Shown: positions 11,536 through 24,435, counted from the stretch's first letter. The stretch: 64,000 nt of DNA from Octopus bimaculoides (GCF_001194135.2 NC_068984.1:117641671-117705670), one strand, 5' to 3'. Notes: generated by a model from the letters alone, not told the origin. Program-made: numbers and translations.

Positions 11536-12015
11536 GCTATCTGGATTGGATTGCATGATCTTCAAACAATACTAAACATAGATAATGGACACTGTGCTTC
11601 ATTTTATCATAAACAAGTGGATGCATTAAAACTGTTTACTTAAGCAACAGGGGAAAAAAAACCAAACCAAGAAAAAAAAAAAGCCAAAAGAAATAAGAAA
11701 ACAAATACAAAAAAGAGAGGAAAGCTGTGTTATTTAGTTCATTTCTAATTTGGAATCCAATATTGAGAATCTTCATAAAACTGAACTCAATTTTCATCAA
11801 GAGTTAGCAGTTTTTGGTGAAGTGTATACTCAGAGTATTTTAAAGTGTAAACTGAGCCTAATCCTATGGTTTTGAGTTCAGTCCTACTATGTTGCATCTT
11901 AGGCAAGTGTCTTCTACTAAAGCCTTGAGTCAACTAAAACCTTGGGAATGGATTTAATTGACAGAGACTGAAACAAGGTTGTAATACACAAACACACACA
12001 AACACACACATACAC

Positions 12016-12049
<34 letters not shown>

Positions 12050-12283
12050 NNNNNNNNNNNNNNNNNNNNNNNNNNNNNNNNNNNNNNNNNNNNNNNNNNN
12101 NNNNNNNNNNNNNNNNNNNNNNNNNNNNNNNNNNNNNNNNNNNNNNNNNNNNNNNNNNNNNNNNNNNNNNNNNNNNNNNNNNNNNNNNNNNNNNNNNNNN
12201 NNNNNNNNNNNNNNNNNNNNNNNNNNNNNNNNNNNNNNNNNNNNNNNNNNNNNNNNNNNNNNNNNNNNNNNNNNNNNNNNNNN

Positions 12284-12362
<79 letters not shown>

Positions 12363-12631
12363 CTTAGAGTACAATGATTTCATGACAGAAAATAAAGAAT
12401 TTAAATTTTGGCTGATTTTCATGAATATAACTTATTTTGTTGACACACAAAATGGCGGAACGATAAAATCAACTTTGATGAGTTTTCAACAGAAAATGTT
12501 AAAAAACACAAACAATATTGCATGTTTGGCACTTACTCTAGTACTTTATAATATCTTACTACTCCACTGCTATTTCTAAAATATGAAATTGATATTAATG
12601 TTTTTTTTAGGCATATAAGTATGTAGTTTTA

Positions 12632-12857
12632 ACCCTTTTCTTAACATGTCTCTGTTAAAACACACAACTTTGTTTCAATTACTTTTGAAAATAATGAAGA
12701 AATTAGTAAAATAACATTGTTATTATTTAGCTGGTGATCGAAACATAATTTAATACAAAATTTTGATGGACGGTTTTAATTTAGCTCATGTAAAAGCAGA
12801 AAACTTGCATCATAAAACCAGGGGCAGCCTTGGGGTGGATTGGTGGCAAGAGGTTTA
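12632..12857 (+). mobile_element. piggyBac-type MITE family P2, single unit
   Basis: TTAA/CCCTTTT start; TTTTGAAAATAATGAAGAAATTAGTAAAATAAC body; degenerate AGAGGTTTAA end. Confidence 0.7.
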
Positions 12858-13062
12858 ACAGAAAGTGATATAAGGAGATGGTAAGATCCTGCCAGTGAGT
12901 TGATTCTGTGGGACAATTACTTCCCTTTGTACCATCTTCCCAGTCTTTTATTACCTGTAGTTAATAACCAGAAGAGATAGACTTCTCGATGCTTGTTGGC
13001 TTGGCTAACCAAATGGATATCAAATGCAAGATGGAATATATATATATGAATTAACAATTATC

Positions 13063-13425
13063 TATTACATTTTACTTGTTTCAGTCATTAGACTGTGGCC
13101 ATGCTAGAGCACTGCTTTGAAGAGTTTTAGTTAGCAAATCAACCCCAGTGCTTTTTTTTAAAAACCAGGTACTTATCTTATCAGTTTTTTTTGCTCAACC
13201 ACTAAGTTATGGAGATATATCCACACTAACACTGGTTGGTCAAGTGGTGGTGGGGGAGAAACACTGACACAGAAACACACATACTGACACAGATACAACA
13301 GGCTTCTTTCAGTTTCCATCTTCCAAATCTTCCACTCACAAGGACAAGATGCTATGCAATGGGACAGAACACCCAAGGCCACTTGGTTGGGAAGCAAGTT
13401 TCTTAAGTATGCAGCTGTACTTGCA
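13063..13425 (-). mobile_element. CORE-type SINE family A, decayed
   Basis: Tail TTTACTTGTTTCAGTCATTAGACTGTGGCCATGC through head GGTTGGGAAGCAAGTTTCTT on the reverse strand. Confidence 0.85.
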
Positions 13426-13787
13426 TGGTGGCGAGGTTATTTGAATATCTAAACAAAGTATGTAGAAGGATCTAGATAAATTATGCCAGATTACCATCAG
13501 AGAGAGAGAGGGAAGAAGGGGAGAGACAGACAGAGAGAGAAATATAGAGAAAGAGAGAGAAGGGGGAAAGAGAGAGGGACACAAAGAGAGAAATGCCACA
13601 ATGTAAAATGTATGAAGTTTATTGTTAAAACAAAGATGACATATGTATGAAAAAGAACTTATCTGACGAGATAGTTTCATATTTCAGAAAAACTATGATG
13701 AGCTGAGTAAATAAGAACTTCCAATGTTGACATCATGTTTTCCACAGAATGCATTCATCAGTCTGAAGAATTTTGGCAAAAGAAGAA

Positions 13788-13845
13788 ACTTACCTATAAA
13801 GAGAAAAAAAAAAAAAAAAAAAAGAAAGAAAAATACATTAATATA
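13788..13845 (-). promoter_or_regulatory. Candidate recursive splice site (3' splice site abutting a GTAAGT donor)
   Basis: Minus strand reads ATTAATGTATTTTTCTTTC(T)~21CTCTTTATAG/GTAAGT, junction between 13794 and 13793. Confidence 0.45.
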
Positions 13846-14147
13846 TTTGAATGGAAAAATTAGACAAAGATAGAAAATAAATGGAAAAATATTATGTAAA
13901 CATACAAGGAAACATTGAGGAAACATTTTACAAGACAGCAACTTCTAATTTCATTGTAGAATTCAGTCAATATCATAATATGTTTAATGATTCAAGTTTT
14001 CTCTTGACTTTCAGCCATAATCAGAAATGAACTTAAAATAAAATACAAAAAAAAGAAAAGAAAGAAAGCTGATCCATTCATGGTGATAGAAAGAATTTAT
14101 TAAAAAAATAATAAACTATTTAACTACACAGGTGTAGCTGTGAGGTT

Positions 14148-14580
14148 AAGTTGTCTGTTTTTCAACCACATATTTTGGGTTCATTCCCTTTGTATGGCAC
14201 CTTGAGCAAAGAAAGAGACTAAAAGAAACCTGCGATATATATATATATATATATATATTGATAGATAGATACAGAGATACACAGATAGATTTTGATAAAG
14301 GGATGTGTATGCATGTATATTTATGTGTTTTTGTATGTGCCCTTGTCTTGGCATAACATGATGGTTGTATAGAAGTGTCACCATTATATATGTGGTGTCG
14401 TTCATTTTCAGTCTTTCATGTAAACATGTCCAGCTAACGGTATATATTACTTTGATTGCAAAAACACGGGAGGGTTGGTGACAGGAAGGGCATCCGGCCA
14501 TACAAAAAATCTGTCTGAAAAAAATTCTTTCAGACCCACCCTAGCATGAAAAAGTGGACATTAAAAGAATGAAAATGATG
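14148..14580 (+). mobile_element. Chimeric SINE family B: family A head/CORE plus (TGA)n-ending tail
   Basis: GGTTCATTCCC...GGCACCTTGAGCAA, internal (TA)n, then GGTTGGTGACAGGAAGGGCATCCGGCC...AGCATGAAAAAGTGGACATTAAA...GATG; same layout at 23235-23780 and 59835-60120. Confidence 0.8.
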
Positions 14581-14874
14581 GTGGTGGTGACAATGATGGT
14601 GGTGGTGACGACGACGANNNNNNNNNNAATGTTAGTTAACTGATGAAACTTAGAAAAAAAAAATTGCCAGATTCTAAGAGTTTATGTAACTTTCTTTCTA
14701 ACAATCTTAGACCCAGTTTGTTTCAATTGATTGACATTGCCAAGACTGAAATGATATGGATTGTGAAATTTCCACACAACATGGTTCAAGTACATGTGTA
14801 AAAATAAAAATAAAAGCAAAAGTTAGTGACTGGGTGAAATGAATAGTTGCCAAATACTGCAATACCTTCAATAG

Positions 14875-14965
14875 ATTCACAATGCTAAACAACTTTGAAA
14901 ATGAAAGTAATTTGAGGAAGTTCTTGATGTATCTTGAGAGAGAGAGGGTTTTGACTTTAATCATG
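14875..14965 (+). CDS. Candidate internal exon (FTMLNNFENESNLRKFLMYLERERVLTLIM), phase 2 to 0
   Basis: Consensus donor ATG/GTAAGT, moderate acceptor caataccttcaatag, only one open frame. Confidence 0.3.
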
Positions 14966-16210
14966 GTAAGTAGGCATGGGATGAATGCCAGTCTGATCAG
15001 AAGAGTTGTTGAGGAAAATGTTACAAATCAAGGATTTAAAAGGAATTCTGGTTTGACCTTTCCCAAAGTGTAGAGAGGCAATTGAAATAATGTCAATGTA
15101 TAAAAGAAACACACACATGCACACACTTCTCAACAGAGATTATAGTTAACCTTTGCTTTTAGTTTATGGATATCACTAATCAATTATGCAAAATGAATGT
15201 GTAAACACCAGACAGTTGTTGAATATGCTACGATAAGAAACTGGCCCTGGCTTTTGTGTTACATTAATACTTGCTTTCTATAAAGAGAGATATTTATCTG
15301 TTCATAATACGGTATAAAACTGACTATAAAGATATTGTTCAGACTGGGTTTTAATATGTTTTTCCTTTCTTCTCTTTATGATTGCAATTTTCCTTTCGTG
15401 TGCTTCTAGATGATTGCTGTCTGGGATCTAGTCAACAATTTAAAGACAATGAACTTTTGCTGAGAAGAAAATTAGACTCCTATTATCCTTTAGCTGGCTG
15501 AGCTGCTTTTGAGGAGTTGTTAGATTAAGATCAGTAATCAAAACAGATTAACTTTAGACAAATGGCTACAGTATAATCTGAAGGAAATTGATGATCAATT
15601 CTGCTCTGAAAATTGTTTTCATAGAAACAAATAATAACCCTTAAACTAACATAACAACAACATCCACTACACTTGCACAAGAACAACCATCTTTAAATAA
15701 ACCGGGACAACAATAACCACCTGTAATCTAGTTGAAGACACTTATATTAGATCAGGTTTCAATTAGAAATTACAATATTTCTTTGTTAATTTGTATCGTT
15801 AGCCTATGAACAGCACAATCACCTTTGTTGATAATTTAGGTTTAATTTTAATGAAGGTAATAAAATTGATTATTGCCATATGTCTCCATACTTTGTTTCT
15901 TCATCTGTTAGAGTTAACTTCATCAACTTTAATCTAATTAGTTCATTAAAATACTACTTTAGCTAATAATTTGTTCTATCTGGTACAATCAATCACCACT
16001 TTTTTCTTCCATTTTTTTCTCTCTTTTTAGACGTGACATTTTTTAAAACTTAGTTCACTTCATTTTCCCCTCATCTAAATCAACTTTTAATAAATAGTTC
16101 CAACCAATTCTCTCTTAGAACTCTGGATTGTTACAGAGATATGAAAATCACAATGAGAAAAATCTAAGGCAGTCAAATGTGTTGCTTTACCAATCCTTTT
16201 AGTACTTTAA

Positions 16211-16426
16211 CTCTTTAGCATTTAAACTGACCATATTAAACCAAAATATTCTATCTGTTTTATGTTTAAACTTGCCAGATTTGTCCTCTCAAACTGATCC
16301 TATAATGTCATTATGAAAATAAGCTATCACATCATCAAAATCTTGAAGCTATAACATAATGGATTAATCAAAACAATGCAAACAAATAAACAATGTATTT
16401 GATAAAGTTATCTGAATACTAAAGGG
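16211..16426 (+). mobile_element. piggyBac-type MITE family P1
   Basis: TTAA/CTCTTTAGCATT...AATACTAAAGGG/TCAA: ~12-bp TIR with TTAA-like TSD, 216 bp. Confidence 0.85.
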
Positions 16427-16529
16427 TCAAACAGTATAGAATACTAATAATAATATATTAGTGAATGGAAGACACTTTTAAAATAAATTAAAATCTTGTT
16501 AAATGAAAGTTTCAAATTAATACTAGTCC

Positions 16530-16990
16530 TAGCTATACATAGTATGAGATTTCCTCAAGAGAGATCCTTAGTGAAAGTGAAGCCCAGTATTTGGAGTAAC
16601 TCTGAGGGCTCTTGTAGCTGAGTGCCGTTCATATTTAGAGGGAGTGCAGTAGTGTTTTCTTGATATGAATATATACTTGAATTATTTTGCTATTAAAAGA
16701 GAGTAGGTAAGCATAGCCCTAGTTGAAAATCCTCTCAAATGCTCCAATAGTCTTCATTTATGGATTCAATGCTGGTCTGATATGAAGTGTTTAGGTTGCT
16801 TGAATTTTTTTTCTATATTAAAAGAGACAAAGTTGGCATGGCCTCAGACGAGGATACTCTCAAGGTTTCTGTTTATGGAATCAATGCAGGTTTGGTGTCT
16901 AAGTTACATGTCGTTGATGCATGTTTAGGGAAAGTTAGGAATGACTGAAGCAGGGCATGTCATCTGCACAAGAGGGGATATTACTGAAAT
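16530..16990 (-). pseudogene. Decayed LINE reverse-transcriptase fragment (CR1/L2/Jockey-type) with internal duplication
   Basis: Minus strand gives SCADD (YADD-like, about 16958-16972), IDSINRNLESIL..G.ANFVSFN..K, then LNMNGTQLQE...LQILGFTFTKDLS; the SIN..L...FN segment is present twice. Confidence 0.6.
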
Positions 16991-17046
16991 GAGTAGACTA
17001 GAGCTATTCAGATATGTATGACACATGCACGCATGTGTGTGCATGA

Positions 17047-17077
<31 letters not shown>

Positions 17078-17635
17078 TGCACATACACACACAAATGCAC
17101 TTTAGATATGTAATGAAATGAAATCTAGAGATAAAAGGTGAAAATTAGTTGATTTGCATCATCGTAAAAAATATTCTGTGTTCAGAAAATTCATCTTTTA
17201 TAAGATTATCATTATTTTAACTCCAAGCATACAGAAAAAATCTGTAAATGTTCTTAATATTTATATCATGCATCAGATAATTCCAGGTTAAATAGGTATG
17301 TATGAGGGGAATGTTACAAAGAAATTATTCCATCTCACCATCATCATATGTTTCATTACATCAGATGATGCTTTTTCTCTCCAGAAGGTCTTAAAAAGCC
17401 TTTTAACACTAATTACCTAAAACCATTAAGCCGTAGAGCAAGACCATGCTATAATGATCTCTCATACATAATACTATAAAACCTGAAGCTATTAATGCAA
17501 AGCTGTTAGCATGTAGGTATTTTCATAGTAGTTGTTTAATTGCTGTAATTAATCAAAGCTGACTGTAGATAACTTATGCCAATATCTGTACTGGTTAAAC
17601 GTGTGGCTATTTGCTTCATTTATAAATCATTCAAG

Positions 17636-17695
17636 AGTTGTTTCCTGAATACTATGCTGAGGAGAGAGCTACAATTTACAGAGATCTAAAATCAA
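17636..17695 (+). CDS. Weak candidate exon (ELFPEYYAEERATIYRDLKS), phase 1 to 1
   Basis: Acceptor ttcatttataaatcattcaag, donor CAA/GTAAAA, 60 nt open; splice sites only moderate. Confidence 0.2.
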
Positions 17696-17955
17696 GTAAA
17701 ATATTATGCCAATTATAAACAAAAGCCAGCTTGACCAATGTCTGATTAACCTCTAATATACTCTTTTATACGTGATCTTTGCAAAATATAGAGTGCATCT
17801 TAACACTGATGAAGCAAGAAGAGTATGTCATATTCTATGCAAAAGTTTTAATGTTTTTATTGGGTCATTTCAAAATGTATGCACTAGGTACATTTACCAT
17901 TTTCCTACAGCTGTAATGCAAAAGAAAGAATGTATCTATGTTTACTGTGACTTAA

Positions 17956-18155
17956 CCCCTTAACTAGGGGTTTCTGTGACACAAACTTTCTGTTCTAAAA
18001 TTATCTAAATTATAAGTTTCCAACAACATTTCATGGTAATTTGTTCTAAAATCCTGCTTAATAAGGAGAAAAATATTTTACTAAATTTTTCATCATTTTG
18101 AAAATCAAGTGAAACAAAAACGGTGTATTTCAACAGGTATATAGTAACAAAAGGG
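17956..18155 (-). mobile_element. piggyBac-type MITE family P2
   Basis: TTAA/CCCCT...ATAGTAACAAAAGGG/TTTA; body matches 53871-54080. Confidence 0.75.
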
Positions 18156-18225
18156 TTTATGCTGGAAAGTAACTGAATGACTCCTTTCTTTGAGCTTTGT
18201 TTATATATATAGAAACATATGTAAA

Positions 18226-18425
18226 CAGGCGGCGAAATGCTTAGTGGTATTTCGTCTGCCGTTACGTTCTGAGTTCAAATTCTGCCGAGGTCAACTTTGC
18301 CTTTCATCCTTTCGGGGTCGATTAAATAAGTACCAGTTACGCATTGGGGTCGATATAATCGACTTAATCTGTTTGTCCTTGTTTATCTCCTCTGTGTGTA
18401 GCCCCTTGTGGGCAGTAAAGAAATA
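18226..18425 (+). mobile_element. 5'-truncated Meta/MESC-like SINE with 15-bp TSD
   Basis: AGAAACATATGTAAA at 18211-18225 and 18426-18440 flanks the core GGTCAACTTTGCCTTTCATCCTTTCGGGGTCG. Confidence 0.92.
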
Positions 18426-19411
18426 AGAAACATATGTAAATGCAACATAAAGTTAAAGCCAATATGTTTAAAAAGAGAATCTTGTATTTAAAGACGACTA
18501 AAAAATTAAATTCACTTTTGTCTTCAAGCATTAAAATAGACTAAAAATTGTCTGAAAAAAAAAAAGTCTGTTGACAATACTATCTCTTTGGAAACATCTA
18601 TTTTGAATGTCTAATGATGTATTTGGGAAATAGAGAAAAGGAATTAAGAAGAAATGCTGAGAATGAATAAAATGAAGAGAGGAAAATTCAATTAAGGAAG
18701 AAATCACTTCCTATTTCTAAGTCAGCATATGCTTCAGAATACTTTGATAAAATGAAAATGATGATTTTTTTCTCCAATTATTAATTAGAAGTTATGAAGA
18801 ATTAAAAAGAAAAAGCAAAAAAGGAATGTGAGATATAAAAAAATCTCTTCATTTATACTTTGTTGAAATCATCAAAAATATTTCCAAAATGCAAACAAGA
18901 TGGAAACCTTGTGAATCATGCACATACACACTATATTTTCTTGAAATGGGAGAAGGGAACAAAATACTATCGTGGCTATGTTTTGAAAAAGTTTTAGAAA
19001 ACTTAAAATGAATGTAGGATAAAATAATATTTTCTGTACCTAGAAAGAAAAACTCAAACAGAACAAAAAATAAAAATAAAAAGAATGAAGTGATTTGGAT
19101 GATTCTTACAACACCTTTCAAATTCAAAAAGACAAAAACATGTTTGCAAATATGCAGTTAAGTATCTTTAGAAAAATAAAATCTTTTTTGAAAATCAATT
19201 TAAATTCTTAATGTTTAATTTCAACATATTGTGTAGTGCACGTACTATTCAAGATGTGCTAATATGTGTATGTGTGAGTGTGTGGGAACATATATATATA
19301 TATGATCATCATCGTCATTCACACACACACACACACACACACAAACATAGTCATATGTCTATATAATTTATATGTATATAATATATATTATATATGCATG
19401 TAAATGTGAGC

Positions 19412-19444
<33 letters not shown>

Positions 19445-19457
19445 NNNNNNNNNNAGC

Positions 19458-19501
<44 letters not shown>

Positions 19502-19522
19502 GTGTGTGCATATATGTATGTA

Positions 19523-19966
19523 TATTCTTTTACTTATTTCAGTCATTTGACTGCGGCCGTGCTGGAGCACCGCCTTTAGTCAAACAAATCGACTTTAGGA
19601 CTTATTCTTTGTAAGCCTAGTACTTATTCTATTGATCTCTTTTGCTGAACCACNNNNNNNNNNACTTTAGGACTTATTCTTTGTAAGCCTAGTACTTATT
19701 CTATTGATCTCTTTTGCTGAACCACTAAGTTATCATAACATAAACACACCAACATTAGTTGTCAAGCGATAGCGGGAGGACAAACACAGACAAATATGTA
19801 CGTATATATATATACGTTTCAGTTTCCATGTACCAAATCTATTCACATGGCTTTGGTTGGCCTGAGGCTATAGTAGAAGACATTTGCTCAAGGTGCCACG
19901 TAATGAGGCTGAACTTGGGACCATGTGGTTGATAAGCAAGTTACTTACTACAGAACCACTCCTCCT
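19523..19966 (-). mobile_element. CORE-type SINE family A interrupted by a 10-N gap with duplicated flank
   Basis: Tail TACTTATTTCAGTCATTTGACTGCGGCCGTGCTGGAGCACCGCC through head; 19593-19653 is repeated identically after the gap. Confidence 0.88.
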
Positions 19967-20122
19967 ATATATATATATTTTTACTAAAAATATATTTTAT
20001 TCTGATAGCAACCTAGATCTTATGGGTTTGTCTATCTTTGATATATGTAATATTTCATTAAATGATTTTTACTAGTATTTCATCTAAATTTCTCATTTAC
20101 AAAATCAAAATAAATAAACTAG

Positions 20123-20258
20123 GCACAGTCATGTTTGTGTGGTGAAGAAGCCCACTTTGCAACCATATGGTTTCAGGTTCAGTCTCACTGCATAGCACTT
20201 TGGGTAAGTGTAGCCCCAGGACAATCAATGCCTTATGAGTGGATTTAGTAGACAGAAG
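20123..20258 (+). mobile_element. CORE-type SINE family A, 5' part
   Basis: GGCACAGTCATG...GGTTCAGTCTCACTGCATAGCACTTTGGGTAAG...GAGTGGATTTAGTAGACAGAA. Confidence 0.75.
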
Positions 20259-20916
20259 TGAGAGTACAGTAAAGTAAAATAGGGATAAAAGGGCCCATTG
20301 GCAAAAAAAAAAGTAAAAATGCTTGAGAACCACCAGTTTAGTGTTAGAAGATAAAAATGATGGATGACTGTGGATAGAGAAGAGGAAGCAAGGAAGGAAA
20401 AACGAAAATGGAGTAAATAGGGAGATGAAGGTGAAAAGAAAAAAGGAAAGGAGATTAGAAGAATTAAAGGAAAGAGAATGCAAGAAAAGAAAAAGACGAG
20501 AACAACAATGATTACAAAACATTAATTAGTTTTCAAACAATGCATGGAAAATATGAAAATCTGGATGCAATAGCTGGTGAAAATTAAAATAAACATTCTG
20601 CTTAAATGAAGTTTGCTTTCAAAAGTTCTTCTGATATAAATTCTCATTCTCTTGCAATACACTGATAAAGATCTAATGAGCTGATATACATGTTGTAGCT
20701 ATCTTATATATGATGATATCACATGCAACAATGGCTATCTTTAACAAATTTTGATCAGCAGGGAGATCAAATTAACTGCTGAATTCAAAAATGTTGATTT
20801 AAAGTAGTGAAATTGGATACAAATAGTCAAAAATAAACACATTTTCATTTCAGTTTACAACAAGGTTTGGATTGATAGATATTAAATAATATAGTTCTGT
20901 TGTTTCTTTTAGTTGA

Positions 20917-20976
<60 letters not shown>

Positions 20977-21946
20977 TAGACAGACAGACAAACAGATAGA
21001 CAGATCACATGATGATTTGCATGTTTATTTTTAAGATATCCAAACAAATTCAAATGCAAAATATGCTGGCTACTGTTGTTTATGTCACAGTAGAACAACT
21101 TCTCCTTTTTATGATAACAGTGTGTTCATTGGTACAAGGAATTCTGAGACACTGGTGTTTCAACATGAAGTGTCTTATGGTAAAGAGAAAGAATTAATGA
21201 ATAATTTTTGTCAAAAAAAGACCGGGGAGAAAATCCCAAATTCTTAATAAAATTTAATCTTAAAAAAAATGATTGTGAGTAATGCAGTGGGGATTAGACT
21301 CAATCTCGACAGCATGATGACAACACTGGACATGTTTTGATGTTATTGAATGCTGTCATCGACATAGTCTTGTTAAGGTTACATCAAATTAGGTTATATT
21401 TAGGATATATCTAAATAAACCAGGTTTAGACCATGTTTCAAGCAAACACTATTGAACCATTCTTTGCACTATACCATACAGGACTAAATTTTTATGGGTT
21501 TGTTTTCAAAATCTAAAATTATTACAATTCCTCCTAGTATCGAAGACAAACATTTGCAAAGTCTTTAAAATTGTTATTACAATTCCTTCTTTGAAAGAAA
21601 TACTTATGATGGAGTGACAGAGAGATATCTGAAAAGTCACTGAAACCAATGTACAGTTCATTTAGAAACTTCCATTAATAATAATAATTAAAAAAAAGAT
21701 TAATGGAAGTAAAACAAACTCTAAGGATTAATTTAATTAAAACAGAGATTAGAGTTACCAGATAATGTATCTCAACAACGAACAAACAATATCAGATATT
21801 AAATCAATACTATATAGCTTTAGTAGGTGATTTATCACATTTTTGTCATTTTGTTATTGTTTTATTGTAACAAACTTTAAAAAAATACCTAAATTCTCAT
21901 TTTTAAAAGCAGATGCAGACTTTTTCAAGTAGTTTTAAAAGAAATA

Positions 21947-22002
<56 letters not shown>

Positions 22003-22654
22003 ATGTTTGTCATCTTGAATATGTATTCCAAGGAAAAACTTATGAAGGTATTAACTTGTGAATAAAGTAACTGCAAGGAAAATGCTAGGCTTTTCCTGGA
22101 ATTAATGAAATACAAAGACTCAGAGCTTTTAGTATAGACTAATTAAATTTTGATGCATAATTATTTCTCCTTGGCCAAAGAGTATAAAATGAAAGTGATT
22201 TTCTGAAGCTTAAATGATTGTATTAGACGTAGCAGCAGAAAAATACTCTACTTCAGTGGTATAATAAATACCAAAATCAAACACTAGCAAAACACACAAA
22301 AATGTTTTAAAAAAAGAAAGGAACTTGGGATTATAGTAAGTACAAGCAAATATTTGTGTGGCATAGATCTGCTTTTACTGAATTAGTAATTTAGTGGCGT
22401 TAGTCCTAAAGAATATAAAATTTCAATGAATTATATAATATACTAACAGTAACATCACAGAGAATCATCTAAAGGATATTTTTTCTTCAAATAGTAACAT
22501 TAAAGGTGGTTAATAGATAAGGTTAATTTTATGGTACATATATTTTCCCCCACACCATCTCTCTCTCTCTCTTTCTCTCCGTGCCGCTCTCTCTCTCTCT
22601 CTCTCTGTCTTTCTGTTTTATTTTCGCTATGATTGCGCATTTAAGACTCCTGCT

Positions 22655-22705
22655 GTTGCTATGGTAACAGATACAGATTTATGCAGCTGTTGCAGTTAGC
22701 TGCAT
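22655..22705. promoter_or_regulatory. RFX X-box plus E-box/hairpin module (candidate promoter or enhancer)
   Basis: GTTGCTATGGTAAC (22655-22668) fits the X-box palindrome GTTNCYATRGNAAC; ATGCAGCT/AGCTGCAT stem containing CAGCTG; (CT)n tract upstream; non-repeat context. Confidence 0.45.
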
Positions 22706-22853
22706 CAGGGTAGCCACAAATATGGTAAATGCTGAAAAGGTTTTCTAAAAGCTGTCAAGTTGCATCGTACATATATATTTTCAGATCTGAATTCAAGCAA
22801 AAGAAAACAATTTTTGTGTTGTTTGTTTTGTAAGAAGGAAAGAGGTTTCTGAA

Positions 22854-23130
22854 GTGTATGGAGATAACAGATCTAGTACGTAAAAAAAAAATGTAAAAGA
22901 AAAATACAACTTAGATTTAAATCAGGCTTAATTTCTTGCGTATCAGAGAATTATATTTTGAAATAATATTTTCAGACATATATGATAAGGTCAGTAACAC
23001 ATAAAATTATGCAAAATTTTATTGTGTATGGAGATAACAGATCTAGTATGTAATAATAAACTTAGATTTAAATCTAATATGATTTCTTGTATAGCGGAAT
23101 TATTTTTGTCTTGAAATAAAATTTTCATAT
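22854..23130 (+). repeat. Local tandem duplication, period 170 bp
   Basis: GTGTATGGAGATAACAGATCTAGTA at 22854 and 23024; AACTTAGATTTAAATC and ATTTCTTG in both copies. Confidence 0.85.
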
Positions 23131-23234
23131 CTCTTTTAGAAGCCAGAGATAAGTTAGGGTTCTGGAAACTCAGCCTTTCCCAAAAATTATGTTTTTATAT
23201 AATATAGAATGAAATCACTCTTCTTCATTGATAA

Positions 23235-23407
23235 GGTTGTCACATACTTATGGTTTGGGGCTCAGTTCCACTATATGACATCTTGGCAAGAGTCTTCTAC
23301 TATAGCCTTGGGGCCAATTAAGGTCTTGAGAGTTGATTTCTTTGATAAATGAAATCTGAAAGAAACTTGTACACATGCATATATACATATATATATAAAT
23401 AAATATT

Positions 23408-23487
<80 letters not shown>

Positions 23488-23780
23488 TTTGTGTGTATGT
23501 GTGGTATCTATGTATGTATATGTGTGTGTAAGTTTGAGTGGGTATATGTTTGTCTCTTTGGCTTGACATCGCAGGATAGTTGTAAATGAGTGTTATTGTC
23601 AAGCAGTCTCTCATGAAAACATTCCTGGATGTGGCAAAATGTTTTGCATACAATAGGAACAGGTGAGGGTTGGTGACAGGAAGGGTATCTGGCTATAGAA
23701 AATCTGCATCAATAAATTTCGTCCAATCCAAGCAAGCATAGAAAAGTGGATGTTAAAACAAAGGTGATGTTGATGATGCT
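23235..23780 (+). mobile_element. Chimeric SINE family B, decayed
   Basis: CORE part, (TA)(GA) microsatellite, then GGTTGGTGACAGGAAGGGTATCTGGC...GAAAAGTGGATGTTAAA...GATG. Confidence 0.75.
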
Positions 23781-24039
23781 AAGATGTAACATCCAAATCA
23801 ATGAAAAGCTGATCCCTAGCTTTAGTGTTCTATATAATGAAACAGGATGTTATATGAATTACTTCTTTGATAGAATGACAGCCTGTTATGAGTTTCTGGG
23901 AACAACATAAATGATCTGGGCTGTTGCCAGCATCTAATATAATGTAGAATAAAGCCTTTGTTCAGAAACTCACAAACGAAACATTTGTAATAAATTTGAT
24001 CTCACACCCTTTAAGAAAAGGAGGTCATAATTTTATCCA

Positions 24040-24275
24040 TGTAACAGCATTCGTATTGATGACATGTAAAAGCACTCGTGCCAGTGACACTTCAAAGCAC
24101 CTCCTACACTCTTGGAGTGGTTGGCATTAAGTAGGACATCCAGCTGTAGAAAGCAAGTCTAAGTCAGACTGAATCCTGGTGCAGCTTTCTGGTTGGCCAG
24201 TTCCAATCAAACTATCTAACCCATGCCAGCATGGAAATCAGACATTAAATGGTGATGATGATGATGATGATAATC
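24040..24275 (+). mobile_element. Family C retroposon ((TGA)n tail, RTE-related by inference), decayed
   Basis: GAGTGGTTGGCATTAAGTAGGACATCCAGCTGTAGAAA...AACCCATGCCAGCATGGAAATCAGACATTAAATGGTGATGATG. Confidence 0.75.
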
Positions 24276-24394
24276 ATCATCATCATCATTTCATCTGTAT
24301 TATACATGAACAATGAAAGTGCCTTCTACTATAGCCTCAGGCTGACCAAAACCTTGTGAGTGGATTTGGTAGAAAGAAACTGAAAGAAGTCCGT

Positions 24395-24435
<41 letters not shown>

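Noticed and set aside
19593-19724. 61-bp direct repeat within a SINE
   Set aside because: Identical sequence either side of a 10-N placeholder gap: assembly overlap.
21308-21357. miRNA-like hairpin GACAGCAT...ATGCTGTC
   Set aside because: Only about 15 bp with a bulge and wobble pairs; too short and unremarkable without small-RNA data.
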